From a virus: DNA of 55,970 bases. Below, one piece after another: positions 1-5,870 of this stretch. Position numbers and translations under genes: made by a program. The notes beneath the pieces were generated by a model. The model saw nothing but the letters and a program-made list of their open reading frames with translations. It did not search any database and was not told the origin of the DNA. Numbering within the stretch: the stretch's first letter is position 1; every line of letters starts with the position of its first letter. The stretch covers positions 1-55,970 of the IMG/VR virus record IMGVR_UViG_3300045988_090085. One strand, written 5' to 3'.

Positions 1-119
1 GCTTTTTTTGCTACCTTATCCTGTATTTTTTGCTTAACCTCAGGAAGTTTCTCCTCCGGGACCATTTCTTTAATCTGCTCCTCAACAGATTTCTTATAGT
101 CTCTAAATGCCTGATCTGA
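1..119. repeat. Terminal direct repeat identical to 55852..55970 (circular closure overlap or terminal redundancy)
   Basis: Read directly: bases 1-119 equal 55852-55970 base for base; unique length 55,851 bp. Confidence 0.95.
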
Positions 120-497
120 TACCGTCAACGCGGTCGTGAGCAATGCATTGCGCTTGAGACTCTGATGCGTTCCAAATATAATGCATACCGCTGAACCTAT
201 AGTCGTGAGTACAACTGGTATATAATAAGGTGCCTTTATTTTGAACACCTCACCGGCTGTAAGCGGATCAGGATCGCCTGTCACCCACTTCTGTGAAGCC
301 TCGTCCATGTATACTCGCTTACGGCTCTCCTGTACCTCCGCTAGCTTTGCTTCAGCTTTTTTGCTTGCATGAGCAGTCTGAAATATAGCGGTTACCATGC
401 CTGCTATACCAACACCCACACTGAGCTCGGTGACATGCTGGGAAGCCAATCTACCAATGTTTGCAGCGATAGGCTTCAAAGTGTCAATTACGCTCAT
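1..497 (-). CDS. Membrane protein, N-terminal part of a gene split by the window ends (continues 55851->55503, 281 aa total); paralog of 53493..54410
   Basis: ATG 497 after AAAGGAG RBS (MSVIDTLKPIAANIG..); frame runs off base 1 and joins ORF 55503..55916 in frame through the 119-bp identity (846 nt). Confidence 0.7.
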   Translation of the reverse strand, partial: MSVIDTLKPIAANIGRLASQHVTELSVGVGIAGMVTAIFQTAHASKKAEAKLAEVQESRKRVYMDEASQKWVTGDPDPLTAGEVFKIKAPYYIPVVLTTIGSAVCIIFGTHQSLKRNALLTTALTVSDQAFRDYKKSVEEQIKEMVPEEKLPEVKQKIQDKVAKK

Positions 498-795
498 TTG
501 AATTTCTCCTTTCAATTTCATCAATTAACATGCATTTGATGTCCTCGATCTCCTCAAGCATGTACCTACCATACTTTGTCGGATTGCGATCATCACCGTT
601 CAACAACATCTCGTGTGTCTTTTGCACAATTAGCATCGGGTCGAGATCCGTGTCGATTAACCTCTGCATTACATATTTGCAGACAGATCTGTGATATGAT
701 CGTTCCATAACCTTATACTTAGGCCATATTTTATCAGGCGGAATCATCTGCGCATAATGATCCCTTAAGATTTTAAGTGCTTCTGCGCCGGTCAT
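484..795 (-). CDS. Hypothetical protein (103 aa)
   Basis: ORF track; AAAGGAG RBS 7 nt before ATG; directly downstream of family-A hairpin 811..850. Confidence 0.75.
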   Translation of the reverse strand: MTGAEALKILRDHYAQMIPPDKIWPKYKVMERSYHRSVCKYVMQRLIDTDLDPMLIVQKTHEMLLNGDDRNPTKYGRYMLEEIEDIKCMLIDEIERRNSNERN

Positions 796-810
796 TGTCG
801 CATCTCCTTT

Positions 811-850
811 CAGAAAAGCTAAGAGAGCCTGTTACAGCTCTCCTGCTATT
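811..850 (-). terminator. Family-A hairpin + TTAGCTTTTC tail
   Basis: Minus strand AATAGCAGGAGAGCTGTAACAGGCTCTCTTAGCTTTTCTG; identical 40-mer at 1052 and 2035. Confidence 0.6.
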
Positions 851-862
851 AAGTTGGTTGTC

Positions 863-994
863 TTATCTGTGCTCTTTCTCCCACTCATCGAATCTCTCAT
901 CGATACGCTTCTGTGCTGTCTGCTGTGCATTTAATGTAGTCAGCACGGTACCAATGATACCGACGATCAGTGAAATTATTCCAAGCTTTGTCAT
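863..994 (-). CDS. Small membrane protein (43 aa, 1 TM), below track cutoff
   Basis: Hand translation MTKLGIISLIVGIIGTVLTTLNAQQTAQKRIDERFDEWEKEHR*; GGAGGTGAG RBS; own promoter-like motif and hairpin. Confidence 0.6.
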   Translation of the reverse strand: MTKLGIISLIVGIIGTVLTTLNAQQTAQKRIDERFDEWEKEHR

Positions 995-1007
995 AAGTTC
1001 TCACCTC

Positions 1008-1037
1008 CCTCATATAATAGTATGTTTTGCGCGCGAA
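1008..1037 (-). promoter_or_regulatory. Promoter-like motif copy (short-leader class)
   Basis: Minus TTCGCGCGCAAAACATACTATTATATGAGG; upstream of 863..994. Confidence 0.55.
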
Positions 1038-1051
1038 GTATGTTCAATCTT

Positions 1052-1091
1052 CAGAAAAGCTAAGAGAGCCTGTTACAGCTCTCCTGCTATT
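1052..1091 (-). terminator. Family-A hairpin + T tail
   Basis: Identical 40-mer to 811..850; 3 nt after stop of 1095..1277. Confidence 0.6.
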
Positions 1092-1094
1092 GAG

Positions 1095-1277
1095 TTACTT
1101 CTTGAATGCATCTTTGATGTTCTCAACTGAATCGTATATAGCCTCTGAGTCCTTGCTCCATTCGTCTGGATATTTAGTGCTGCAACGTGCCGCGGCTATA
1201 AGTCCGCGTACCACGCCTGCACAATAGCCTATACCAGCCGCACAGATGAATAAAATCATACCTATTACTTTCTTCAT
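1095..1277 (-). CDS. Small membrane protein (60 aa, 1 TM)
   Basis: ORF track frame trimmed to ATG (MKKVIGMILFICAAG..) 8 nt after GGAGG. Confidence 0.75.
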   Translation of the reverse strand: MKKVIGMILFICAAGIGYCAGVVRGLIAAARCSTKYPDEWSKDSEAIYDSVENIKDAFKK

Positions 1278-1310
1278 GTTAAAAACCTCCAAATAATATA
1301 TTTTGAGTTT

Positions 1311-1340
1311 CCTCATAAGAGAGCGTGTTTTTTACGCGAA
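1311..1340 (-). promoter_or_regulatory. Promoter-like motif copy (long-leader class)
   Basis: Minus TTCGCGTAAAAAACACGCTCTCTTATGAGG; upstream of 1095..1277. Confidence 0.55.
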
Positions 1341-1706
1341 TCAATAGGTTATGATCGTGCATTCCATGCCATCGCCGAGCTTAGTAGCAGTCTGTTCCAT
1401 GCGATATGGAATCCTGTATCTCCGACATATTTCAGCCATGGCGTTACTCATAAGCTTTACTACCGACGGCATTGCCTCGAAGTATTTTTCTGTGATCATA
1501 TCATAGTAGAGCTCGGAAGACTCGTAAGCAATTTTATAGTGTGAAGTTTTTGTCTCAAGTTTCGTATGTGGTCTTAAGGGCCCTTTCTTATCGTTTTTTA
1601 TGACGGAAACAATTGTTGCCTGGAGACCATTTATCACAGCAATAGTAGTTACAACAAGCTCTTTTCCGTCTCCGTACTCACGGGTCATATATAATACATT
1701 GTTCAT
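1341..1706 (-). CDS. Hypothetical protein (121 aa)
   Basis: ORF track; CAGGAGG RBS. Confidence 0.75.
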   Translation of the reverse strand: MNNVLYMTREYGDGKELVVTTIAVINGLQATIVSVIKNDKKGPLRPHTKLETKTSHYKIAYESSELYYDMITEKYFEAMPSVVKLMSNAMAEICRRYRIPYRMEQTATKLGDGMECTIITY

Positions 1707-1707
1707 T

Positions 1708-2022
1708 TCAATCCTCCTGTATAATATAATCTGGATTGCGCCTACAAAGCATTATCAGATACTCAGCACGTCTATTTATGCTCTTTACATTTGTAGGCAA
1801 ATTTGAGCCAGTGGAATGATCGAATCCTTTGAATACATCCGCGTACTCTACCTGTGCTGCTATATCAGGATATTCAGTCTGCAGATCCTCCAATTCAGAC
1901 GCCCATTTTGACCAAGTAGCATCTGAAATAAGATTCTCATTGTATCCATAATAAATAACTGAGTGTGTCCAGACCTGCAATCTTCGCCTGTGGATCAATT
2001 TGGCTATCTCTTCTCTTGACAT
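1708..2022 (-). CDS. Hypothetical protein (104 aa)
   Basis: ORF track; AAAGGAG RBS; directly downstream of hairpin 2035..2074. Confidence 0.75.
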   Translation of the reverse strand: MSREEIAKLIHRRRLQVWTHSVIYYGYNENLISDATWSKWASELEDLQTEYPDIAAQVEYADVFKGFDHSTGSNLPTNVKSINRRAEYLIMLCRRNPDYIIQED

Positions 2023-2034
2023 TATAACTCCTTT

Positions 2035-2074
2035 CAGAAAAGCTAAGAGAGCCTGTTACAGCTCTCCTGCTATT
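2035..2074 (-). terminator. Family-A hairpin + T tail
   Basis: Identical 40-mer to 811..850. Confidence 0.6.
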
Positions 2075-2084
2075 CTCAGCATCC

Positions 2085-2444
2085 TTATTTCTTAAATATG
2101 CTAGTGAATATGTGCTTAAAGGTGCTCGAACAAATCGAGCCCGTTTGCTCAAATATAAACCCCTGTCTGATCCACTCCTGTTTCTTAATAAACTCCGCGA
2201 CCCCAAGGGCTAATCCGCCGACACTGACACCAGTAGTAATACTATTGATGATTGTATCGCGCTTAACCTTGGACTTTTCAGCCTCCGCATCATCACGACT
2301 CTTCTCATAGTCCGTTACCGCCTTTGTCAGATCAGCAATGCCCTTGGACATCTTTGCATAATCATCAGGTCCAAGATTCATATCAGGCAGCTCTTTTGTC
2401 TGTCTTTCGATTTCCTCTCTGATCACCTTGCTAAATTCGTCCAT
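2085..2444 (-). CDS. Hypothetical protein (119 aa), coiled N-terminal half, hydrophobic segment near C-terminus
   Basis: ORF track; AAGGAAG RBS. Confidence 0.7.
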   Translation of the reverse strand: MDEFSKVIREEIERQTKELPDMNLGPDDYAKMSKGIADLTKAVTDYEKSRDDAEAEKSKVKRDTIINSITTGVSVGGLALGVAEFIKKQEWIRQGFIFEQTGSICSSTFKHIFTSIFKK

Positions 2445-2480
2445 ATTTACATCTTCCTTTCAAAAAATATTGGGATGCTC

Positions 2481-2510
2481 TCCCATAAAACAGGTTGATT
2501 TTATCGCGAA
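2481..2510 (-). promoter_or_regulatory. Promoter-like motif copy (long-leader class)
   Basis: Minus TTCGCGATAAAATCAACCTGTTTTATGGGA; upstream of 2085..2444. Confidence 0.5.
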
Positions 2511-2552
2511 AAAAAACTAAGACCCCATGTATTTCTACATAGAGTCTTATTC
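2509..2552 (-). terminator. Family-B hairpin + T8 tract
   Basis: Plus AAGACCCCATGTATTTCTACATAGAGTCTT: outer AGAC/GTCT and inner ATGTA/TACAT stems; minus strand then reads TTAGTTTTTTTTCGCG. Confidence 0.55.
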
Positions 2553-2555
2553 TGA

Positions 2556-2753
2556 TTATTTATGAATATATGCGATTACGTCAGCATACTTATTAGGTCT
2601 AAGTCCCATCATACGGAATCCGGTGCAGAATATCGAATACCCAATCTTACCAATTATATTTAAATCAGTAAACTCATCGGCTTTCCAAAATCCACCCAGG
2701 ACCCACAATTTGGACCCAATTATGCCAAGTATATGACCAATACATTTTTTCAT
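2556..2753 (-). CDS. Small hydrophobic protein (65 aa)
   Basis: ORF track; GAGGAGGTG RBS. Confidence 0.7.
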   Translation of the reverse strand: MKKCIGHILGIIGSKLWVLGGFWKADEFTDLNIIGKIGYSIFCTGFRMMGLRPNKYADVIAYIHK

Positions 2754-2763
2754 ATTATCACCT

Positions 2764-2793
2764 CCTCATATAATAGTATGTTTCAGTCGCGAC
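2764..2793 (-). promoter_or_regulatory. Promoter-like motif copy (short-leader class); overlaps the 3' end of 2783..3007
   Basis: Minus GTCGCGACTGAAACATACTATTATATGAGG; upstream of 2556..2753. Confidence 0.5.
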
Positions 2794-3007
2794 TCACTTT
2801 GAGTATCACCTTGTTTGTGTTCTCGAACTGGGCTGGCGAATCGGCATCAATTTCAATACTGAACATGTCTTTGTTAGGGTCTTTAGTGTTAACATGAAGC
2901 ACACCAAATCTGACCTTTGTACCAAGACCAGAAATCACTACCGTGAGAGCCATACCGCATGCAAGTCCCATCGACCATATGATAACGGCTACTATGTAGA
3001 ATGTCAT
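2783..3007 (-). CDS. Small membrane protein (74 aa, N-terminal TM)
   Basis: ORF track frame trimmed to ATG (MTFYIVAVIIW..) 6 nt after GGAGGTG. Confidence 0.7.
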   Translation of the reverse strand: MTFYIVAVIIWSMGLACGMALTVVISGLGTKVRFGVLHVNTKDPNKDMFSIEIDADSPAQFENTNKVILKVSRD

Positions 3008-3023
3008 TTTGATCACCTCCTTT

Positions 3024-3067
3024 CAGAAAAAGCTAAGAGAGCCTGTTACAGGCTCTCCTGCGTTGAG
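3024..3067 (-). terminator. Family-A hairpin (perfect 9-bp stem, 3-nt loop) + T tail
   Basis: Plus GAGAGCCTG-TTA-CAGGCTCTC; 1 nt after stop of 3069..3239. Confidence 0.6.
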
Positions 3068-3068
3068 T

Positions 3069-3239
3069 TCATTCGATTACCTTATCGATGTCGTCATCAC
3101 TTTCAAGTTTAGCAGAATGATCACGCAGCTGTATGAGACTAAACACACATCCAATAATCGGTAACATAATTACCGCATAGATGATGGTGTCCTTTACAGT
3201 TATCTGATGATTCATAAACTTCATAAACTTTTCTTTCAT
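3069..3239 (-). CDS. Small membrane protein (56 aa, 1 TM)
   Basis: ORF track frame trimmed to ATG (MKEKFMKFMNH..) after GGAGG. Confidence 0.7.
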   Translation of the reverse strand: MKEKFMKFMNHQITVKDTIIYAVIMLPIIGCVFSLIQLRDHSAKLESDDDIDKVIE

Positions 3240-3274
3240 AATAAAAACCTCCAATAATATAGTTTCGGATTTCT

Positions 3275-3304
3275 CCTCATAAAAGAGTGTGTTTATTACG
3301 CGAG
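3275..3304 (-). promoter_or_regulatory. Promoter-like motif copy (long-leader class)
   Basis: Minus CTCGCGTAATAAACACACTCTTTTATGAGG; upstream of 3069..3239. Confidence 0.55.
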
Positions 3305-3340
3305 AAAAAGGAAGAGCGCTTGTTATCGCGCTCCTGCCTG
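3302..3340 (-). terminator. Family-A variant hairpin with compensatory stem (GAGCGC/GCGCTC)
   Basis: Plus GAGCGCTTGTTATCGCGCTC; the stop codon of 3323..3502 lies in the loop. Confidence 0.55.
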
Positions 3341-3502
3341 TTCGAGGATTGTCTCTCTTACAAAATCGAGTTCTTCCATCATTTCTTTCTTAAGTCTTTC
3401 TGCTCTCACCCAATTTACTACGTACATGATTCCTGCTACAATTCCTGAAATTACAGCTGCCACGCCCATAACAATTGTTGCTACCTTAAAAACCTTTTTC
3501 AT
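3323..3502 (-). CDS. Small membrane protein (59 aa, 1 TM)
   Basis: ORF track frame trimmed to ATG (MKKVFKVATIV..) after GGAGTG. Confidence 0.7.
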   Translation of the reverse strand: MKKVFKVATIVMGVAAVISGIVAGIMYVVNWVRAERLKKEMMEELDFVRETILEQAGAR

Positions 3503-3536
3503 AATAAAACACTCCAAATTATATTTTAGGATTTCT

Positions 3537-3566
3537 CCTCATAAAGGAGCATGTAATTTACGCGAA
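3537..3566 (-). promoter_or_regulatory. Promoter-like motif copy (long-leader class)
   Basis: Minus TTCGCGTAAATTACATGCTCCTTTATGAGG; upstream of 3323..3502. Confidence 0.55.
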
Positions 3567-3599
3567 ATGCTAAGAGAGCCTGTTACAGCTCTCGTTCGC
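3564..3599 (-). terminator. Family-A hairpin
   Basis: Plus GAGAGCCTGTTACAGCTCTC, 3 nt after stop of 3602..3748. Confidence 0.55.
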
Positions 3600-3601
3600 T
3601 C

Positions 3602-3748
3602 TCAATTACAAATTTTGTCATACCATATGTCAATAACTTCTTTTACATAGTCCGTGCTTACATCATATTTCACGGCGATATCCTCTATTGAATATCCGTC
3701 GTGATACATGTAACAAACATCTTCCATAAAATTTTTCATTGCTGACAT
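3602..3748 (-). CDS. Small helix-turn-helix-like protein (48 aa), below track cutoff
   Basis: Hand translation MSAMKNFMEDVCYMYHDGYSIEDIAVKYDVSTDYVKEVIDIWYDKICN*; GGAG RBS; YSIEDIAVKYDVSTDYV looks like an HTH. Confidence 0.55.
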   Translation of the reverse strand: MSAMKNFMEDVCYMYHDGYSIEDIAVKYDVSTDYVKEVIDIWYDKICN

Positions 3749-3761
3749 TTTGATCAACTCC

Positions 3762-3791
3762 TTTCATAAGAGAGCGTGATTTTGTCGCGAC
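3762..3791 (-). promoter_or_regulatory. Promoter-like motif copy (short-leader class) containing the 18-bp palindrome ATTTTGTCGCGACAAAAT
   Basis: Minus GTCGCGACAAAATCACGCTCTCTTATGAAA; upstream of 3602..3748. Confidence 0.55.
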
Positions 3792-3830
3792 AAAATTTAG
3801 AGGCCATGTTTCCACAGCCTCATAGAATTA
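3791..3830 (-). terminator. Family-C hairpin (GAGGC/GCCTC)
   Basis: Plus TTTAGAGGCCATGTTTCCACAGCCTCATAGA; overlaps stop of 3828..4034; near-identical copy at 4960. Confidence 0.5.
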
Positions 3831-4034
3831 CTTGTCTAAATCATCGGAATCCCAATCATATTTTGAGATCGCAATGAAAGCGGCTCCCGTAAGTACCGCC
3901 TGAATTGGCCATATCCATGGCCCGTGTAGTAAGTGCCATGAAAGTACCATGGCCCCTCCACTAACCCAGAATATGATCGTTTTCATTGCGATCTTCCAGA
4001 AATCGTTTTTGTACCTTTCCCAAATTTTCTTCAT
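3828..4034 (-). CDS. Small membrane protein (68 aa, 2 TM)
   Basis: ORF track; AAAGGAGG RBS. Confidence 0.75.
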   Translation of the reverse strand: MKKIWERYKNDFWKIAMKTIIFWVSGGAMVLSWHLLHGPWIWPIQAVLTGAAFIAISKYDWDSDDLDK

Positions 4035-4064
4035 AATAAATTCCTCCTTTATTTAGTTGAGTTT

Positions 4065-4094
4065 CCTCATAATAGGAGATGTTCGGTACGCGAA
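4065..4094 (-). promoter_or_regulatory. Promoter-like motif copy (long-leader class)
   Basis: Minus TTCGCGTACCGAACATCTCCTATTATGAGG; upstream of 3828..4034. Confidence 0.55.
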
Positions 4095-4133
4095 AAGCTA
4101 AGACTCCATGTATTTCTACACAGAGTCTGTCGC
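4093..4133 (-). terminator. Family-B hairpin (AGACTC/GAGTCT)
   Basis: Plus AGACTCCATGTATTTCTACACAGAGTCT, then TTAGCTTTTCGCG on the minus strand. Confidence 0.55.
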
Positions 4134-4135
4134 TC

Positions 4136-4360
4136 TTATTTTCGGAATATTGTCTTAAGAAATCTCCTCAGCCCAACATGCTGATAAAGTTCGTAAAGTA
4201 TCTCATCAATATTATGTTCGACCTCATTGGGACTTAACTTGAGATCCGTTGCAATACTTTTAATACTGCGTCTCTCCATAAGTCCTAATAATATCTTACC
4301 ATTTTGATGAGATATCTTCTCTCTCTTTTCAGCTGTTAACGCCCATTTTTCTATAAACAT
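4136..4360 (-). CDS. Small HTH protein (74 aa), LuxR/sigma-region-4-like
   Basis: ORF track frame trimmed to ATG (MFIEKWALT..); SIKSIATDLKLSPNEVEHNIDEILYEL resembles a GerE-type HTH. Confidence 0.55.
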   Translation of the reverse strand: MFIEKWALTAEKREKISHQNGKILLGLMERRSIKSIATDLKLSPNEVEHNIDEILYELYQHVGLRRFLKTIFRK

Positions 4361-4372
4361 ATAAACACATCC

Positions 4373-4402
4373 TTTCATTAAATAGAATGTTTTATGCGCG
4401 AA
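4373..4402 (-). promoter_or_regulatory. Promoter-like motif copy (short-leader class)
   Basis: Minus TTCGCGCATAAAACATTCTATTTAATGAAA; upstream of 4136..4360. Confidence 0.5.
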
Positions 4403-4433
4403 AAAGAAGAGAGCTTGTTAGCTCTCTTTATTG
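4400..4433 (-). terminator. Family-A short hairpin (GAGAGC/GCTCTC)
   Basis: Plus GAGAGCTTGTTAGCTCTC; the stop codon of 4418..4588 is the loop TAA. Confidence 0.55.
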
Positions 4434-4588
4434 TTGTTAAAAAACATGTCCTTAATTACATATAGTAATGTAATCATTCCTAACAATACCTCCGGGATAG
4501 TAGAATCTATTGCCGATGCAATAAACGCAGCTATTCCTATAATTCCTATTGTTATTATTAAAATCATTACCTTCGCTTTTGTTGACAT
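4418..4588 (-). CDS. Small membrane protein (56 aa, 2 hydrophobic segments), below track cutoff
   Basis: Hand translation MSTKAKVMILIITIGIIGIAAFIASAIDSTIPEVLLGMITLLYVIKDMFFNNNKES*; AAAGGGG RBS. Confidence 0.6.
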   Translation of the reverse strand: MSTKAKVMILIITIGIIGIAAFIASAIDSTIPEVLLGMITLLYVIKDMFFNNNKES

Positions 4589-4601
4589 ATAAATCAACCC
4601 C

Positions 4602-4631
4602 TTTCATTAGAGGGTATGTTTTTGTCGCGAA
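4602..4631 (-). promoter_or_regulatory. Promoter-like motif copy (short-leader class)
   Basis: Minus TTCGCGACAAAAACATACCCTCTAATGAAA; upstream of 4418..4588. Confidence 0.5.
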
Positions 4632-4670
4632 AAGCTAAGAGCCCTAGATTTCTCTAAGACTCTCGTTTGA
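4630..4670 (-). terminator. Family-B variant hairpin with compensatory inner stem (TAGA/TCTA)
   Basis: Plus AGAGCCCTAGATTTCTCTAAGACTCT; same architecture as 4093..4133. Confidence 0.5.
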
Positions 4671-4676
4671 GTTTAC

Positions 4677-4898
4677 TCATTTAATACTTTTAAACATTGA
4701 TTCGGCTGCCTTATTATATATCACTGCCAATTTGCGCTTACGCCACATACGCTTTTTGTAAAAATCATTCATATAAAGTGCCATAGTAGCTTGCAAAAGC
4801 ATCCCGGAATCTTCCGTAATGTTAGCAGCCACCAAACAACCTTTAAGAAATTTATTACTCTTTCTAAGTGTTCTGTAAGCCTTAATGCGTTCAAACAT
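4677..4898 (-). CDS. Small basic protein (73 aa)
   Basis: ORF track frame trimmed to ATG (MFERIKAYRTL..) after GGAGG. Confidence 0.7.
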   Translation of the reverse strand: MFERIKAYRTLRKSNKFLKGCLVAANITEDSGMLLQATMALYMNDFYKKRMWRKRKLAVIYNKAAESMFKSIK

Positions 4899-4930
4899 AA
4901 TAATTACCTCCAATAAATTAATTTGAGTTT

Positions 4931-4960
4931 CCTCATAAGAGAGCGTGATTTTGTCGCGAC
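4931..4960 (-). promoter_or_regulatory. Promoter-like motif copy (long-leader class)
   Basis: Minus GTCGCGACAAAATCACGCTCTCTTATGAGG; upstream of 4677..4898. Confidence 0.55.
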
Positions 4961-4999
4961 AAAAATTAGAGGCCATGTTTCCACAGCCTCATAGAGTTA
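4960..4999 (-). terminator. Family-C hairpin (GAGGC/GCCTC)
   Basis: Part of the 74-nt unit 4933..5006, which matches 3764..3837 at 72/74. Confidence 0.5.
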
Positions 5000-5167
5000 C
5001 TTGTCTTTTTTCTTAAAGATCGCTTTAATCAGCATAACAAGTATAAATATCCCGATCACAATATCTGCAATCGGTAACAACAGTAATCCTCCTCCTGAAA
5101 TCAGGACAATGACTCCTACTGTCACCACAATTAATAATGCAATCATGACAATACAAAATGTTATCAT
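4997..5167 (-). CDS. Small membrane protein (56 aa, 2 TM), below track cutoff
   Basis: Hand translation MITFCIVMIALLIVVTVGVIVLISGGGLLLLPIADIVIGIFILVMLIKAIFKKKDK*; TAGGAGG RBS. Confidence 0.6.
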   Translation of the reverse strand: MITFCIVMIALLIVVTVGVIVLISGGGLLLLPIADIVIGIFILVMLIKAIFKKKDK

Positions 5168-5203
5168 AAATCGTACCTCCTATAAAGTAGTTTTAAGATT
5201 TTC

Positions 5204-5233
5204 TCTCATAATACAGGATGTTTCCCACGCGAC
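5204..5233 (-). promoter_or_regulatory. Promoter-like motif copy (long-leader class)
   Basis: Minus GTCGCGTGGGAAACATCCTGTATTATGAGA; upstream of 4997..5167. Confidence 0.5.
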
Positions 5234-5274
5234 GGAAAAAAGCTAAGAGAGCTTGTTACAGCTCTCTTGCGTTG
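5234..5274 (-). terminator. Family-A hairpin (GAGAGCT/AGCTCTC)
   Basis: Plus GAGAGCTTGTTACAGCTCTC immediately after stop of 5275..5556. Confidence 0.55.
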
Positions 5275-5556
5275 TTACTTGTTCGTTATCTCTTTCATCT
5301 TTTCTTTGATTCTTTTATCGATTTTCTCTTCCATTTCTGCTCTAAGCATGTACTGGAATACGTATCGGCTGTTTGTTCTCACATTAAAGAACTCCTCAGT
5401 TCCCTGCCGTCTCAGAGGATTCGTTTTAATCCAGAGTTTTTTCACCCCGGTTTCCGCAACCTCCTGATGACAAAGATCCATAAGCTCGTTAAAGTGCTGA
5501 ACTAGCCATTCGCCATTTCTTTCCCATTCATACATAAGCATATTTTTCTTTTTCAT
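5275..5556 (-). CDS. Hypothetical soluble protein (93 aa)
   Basis: ORF track frame trimmed to ATG (MKKKNMLMYEWERNG..) after GGAGG. Confidence 0.7.
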   Translation of the reverse strand: MKKKNMLMYEWERNGEWLVQHFNELMDLCHQEVAETGVKKLWIKTNPLRRQGTEEFFNVRTNSRYVFQYMLRAEMEEKIDKRIKEKMKEITNK

Positions 5557-5589
5557 AATAAAACCTCCATAAAATTTGATTGAGATTTC

Positions 5590-5619
5590 TCTCATAAGAG
5601 ACCGTGTTTATTACGCGAA
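5590..5619 (-). promoter_or_regulatory. Promoter-like motif copy (long-leader class)
   Basis: Minus TTCGCGTAATAAACACGGTCTCTTATGAGA; upstream of 5275..5556. Confidence 0.55.
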
Positions 5620-5652
5620 AAAGCTAAGAGAGCCTGTTAGCTCTCCTGCTTG
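5617..5652 (-). terminator. Family-A short hairpin
   Basis: Plus GAGAGCCTGTTAGCTCTC; the stop codon of 5637..5834 is the loop TAA. Confidence 0.55.
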
Positions 5653-5834
5653 TTTTCGTCATCCTTACATACTTCGCTGTAGAATAATACTGCGCCACCA
5701 GCCATTATTGATATGCCTAATATAAGTGCAAGTATAGCAATTCCAACGCATCCGCAACATCCTAAAATGAAGCTAATGGTTATCATGCCTGCTCCTACAA
5801 ACATATTAAGTCCGCCTAATAATTGCTTTAACAT
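5637..5834 (-). CDS. Small membrane protein (65 aa, 2 TM, Cys-rich)
   Basis: ORF track frame trimmed to ATG (MLKQLLGGLNMFVGAG..) after AAAGGAGG. Confidence 0.7.
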   Translation of the reverse strand: MLKQLLGGLNMFVGAGMITISFILGCCGCVGIAILALILGISIMAGGAVLFYSEVCKDDENKQES

Positions 5835-5870
5835 AATAAAATCCTCCTTTAAAATTTGTAATAAATTACT

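Noticed and set aside
1095-1316. N-terminally extended ORFs in the track that start at the ATG inside the promoter-like motif (e.g. MRKLKIYYLEVFNMKK.., MREISIKFYGGFIMKKK..)
   Set aside because: The motif ATG has no Shine-Dalgarno and is in frame with the downstream gene in only some copies. A strong GGAGG sits 6-9 nt before the internal ATG in every case.
811-5652. Regularly recurring hairpin repeats that could be mistaken for a CRISPR array
   Set aside because: The repeats belong to several sequence families. Spacing is irregular (about 150-400 bp), and the intervening segments are RBS-led ORFs. No cas genes or leader are present.
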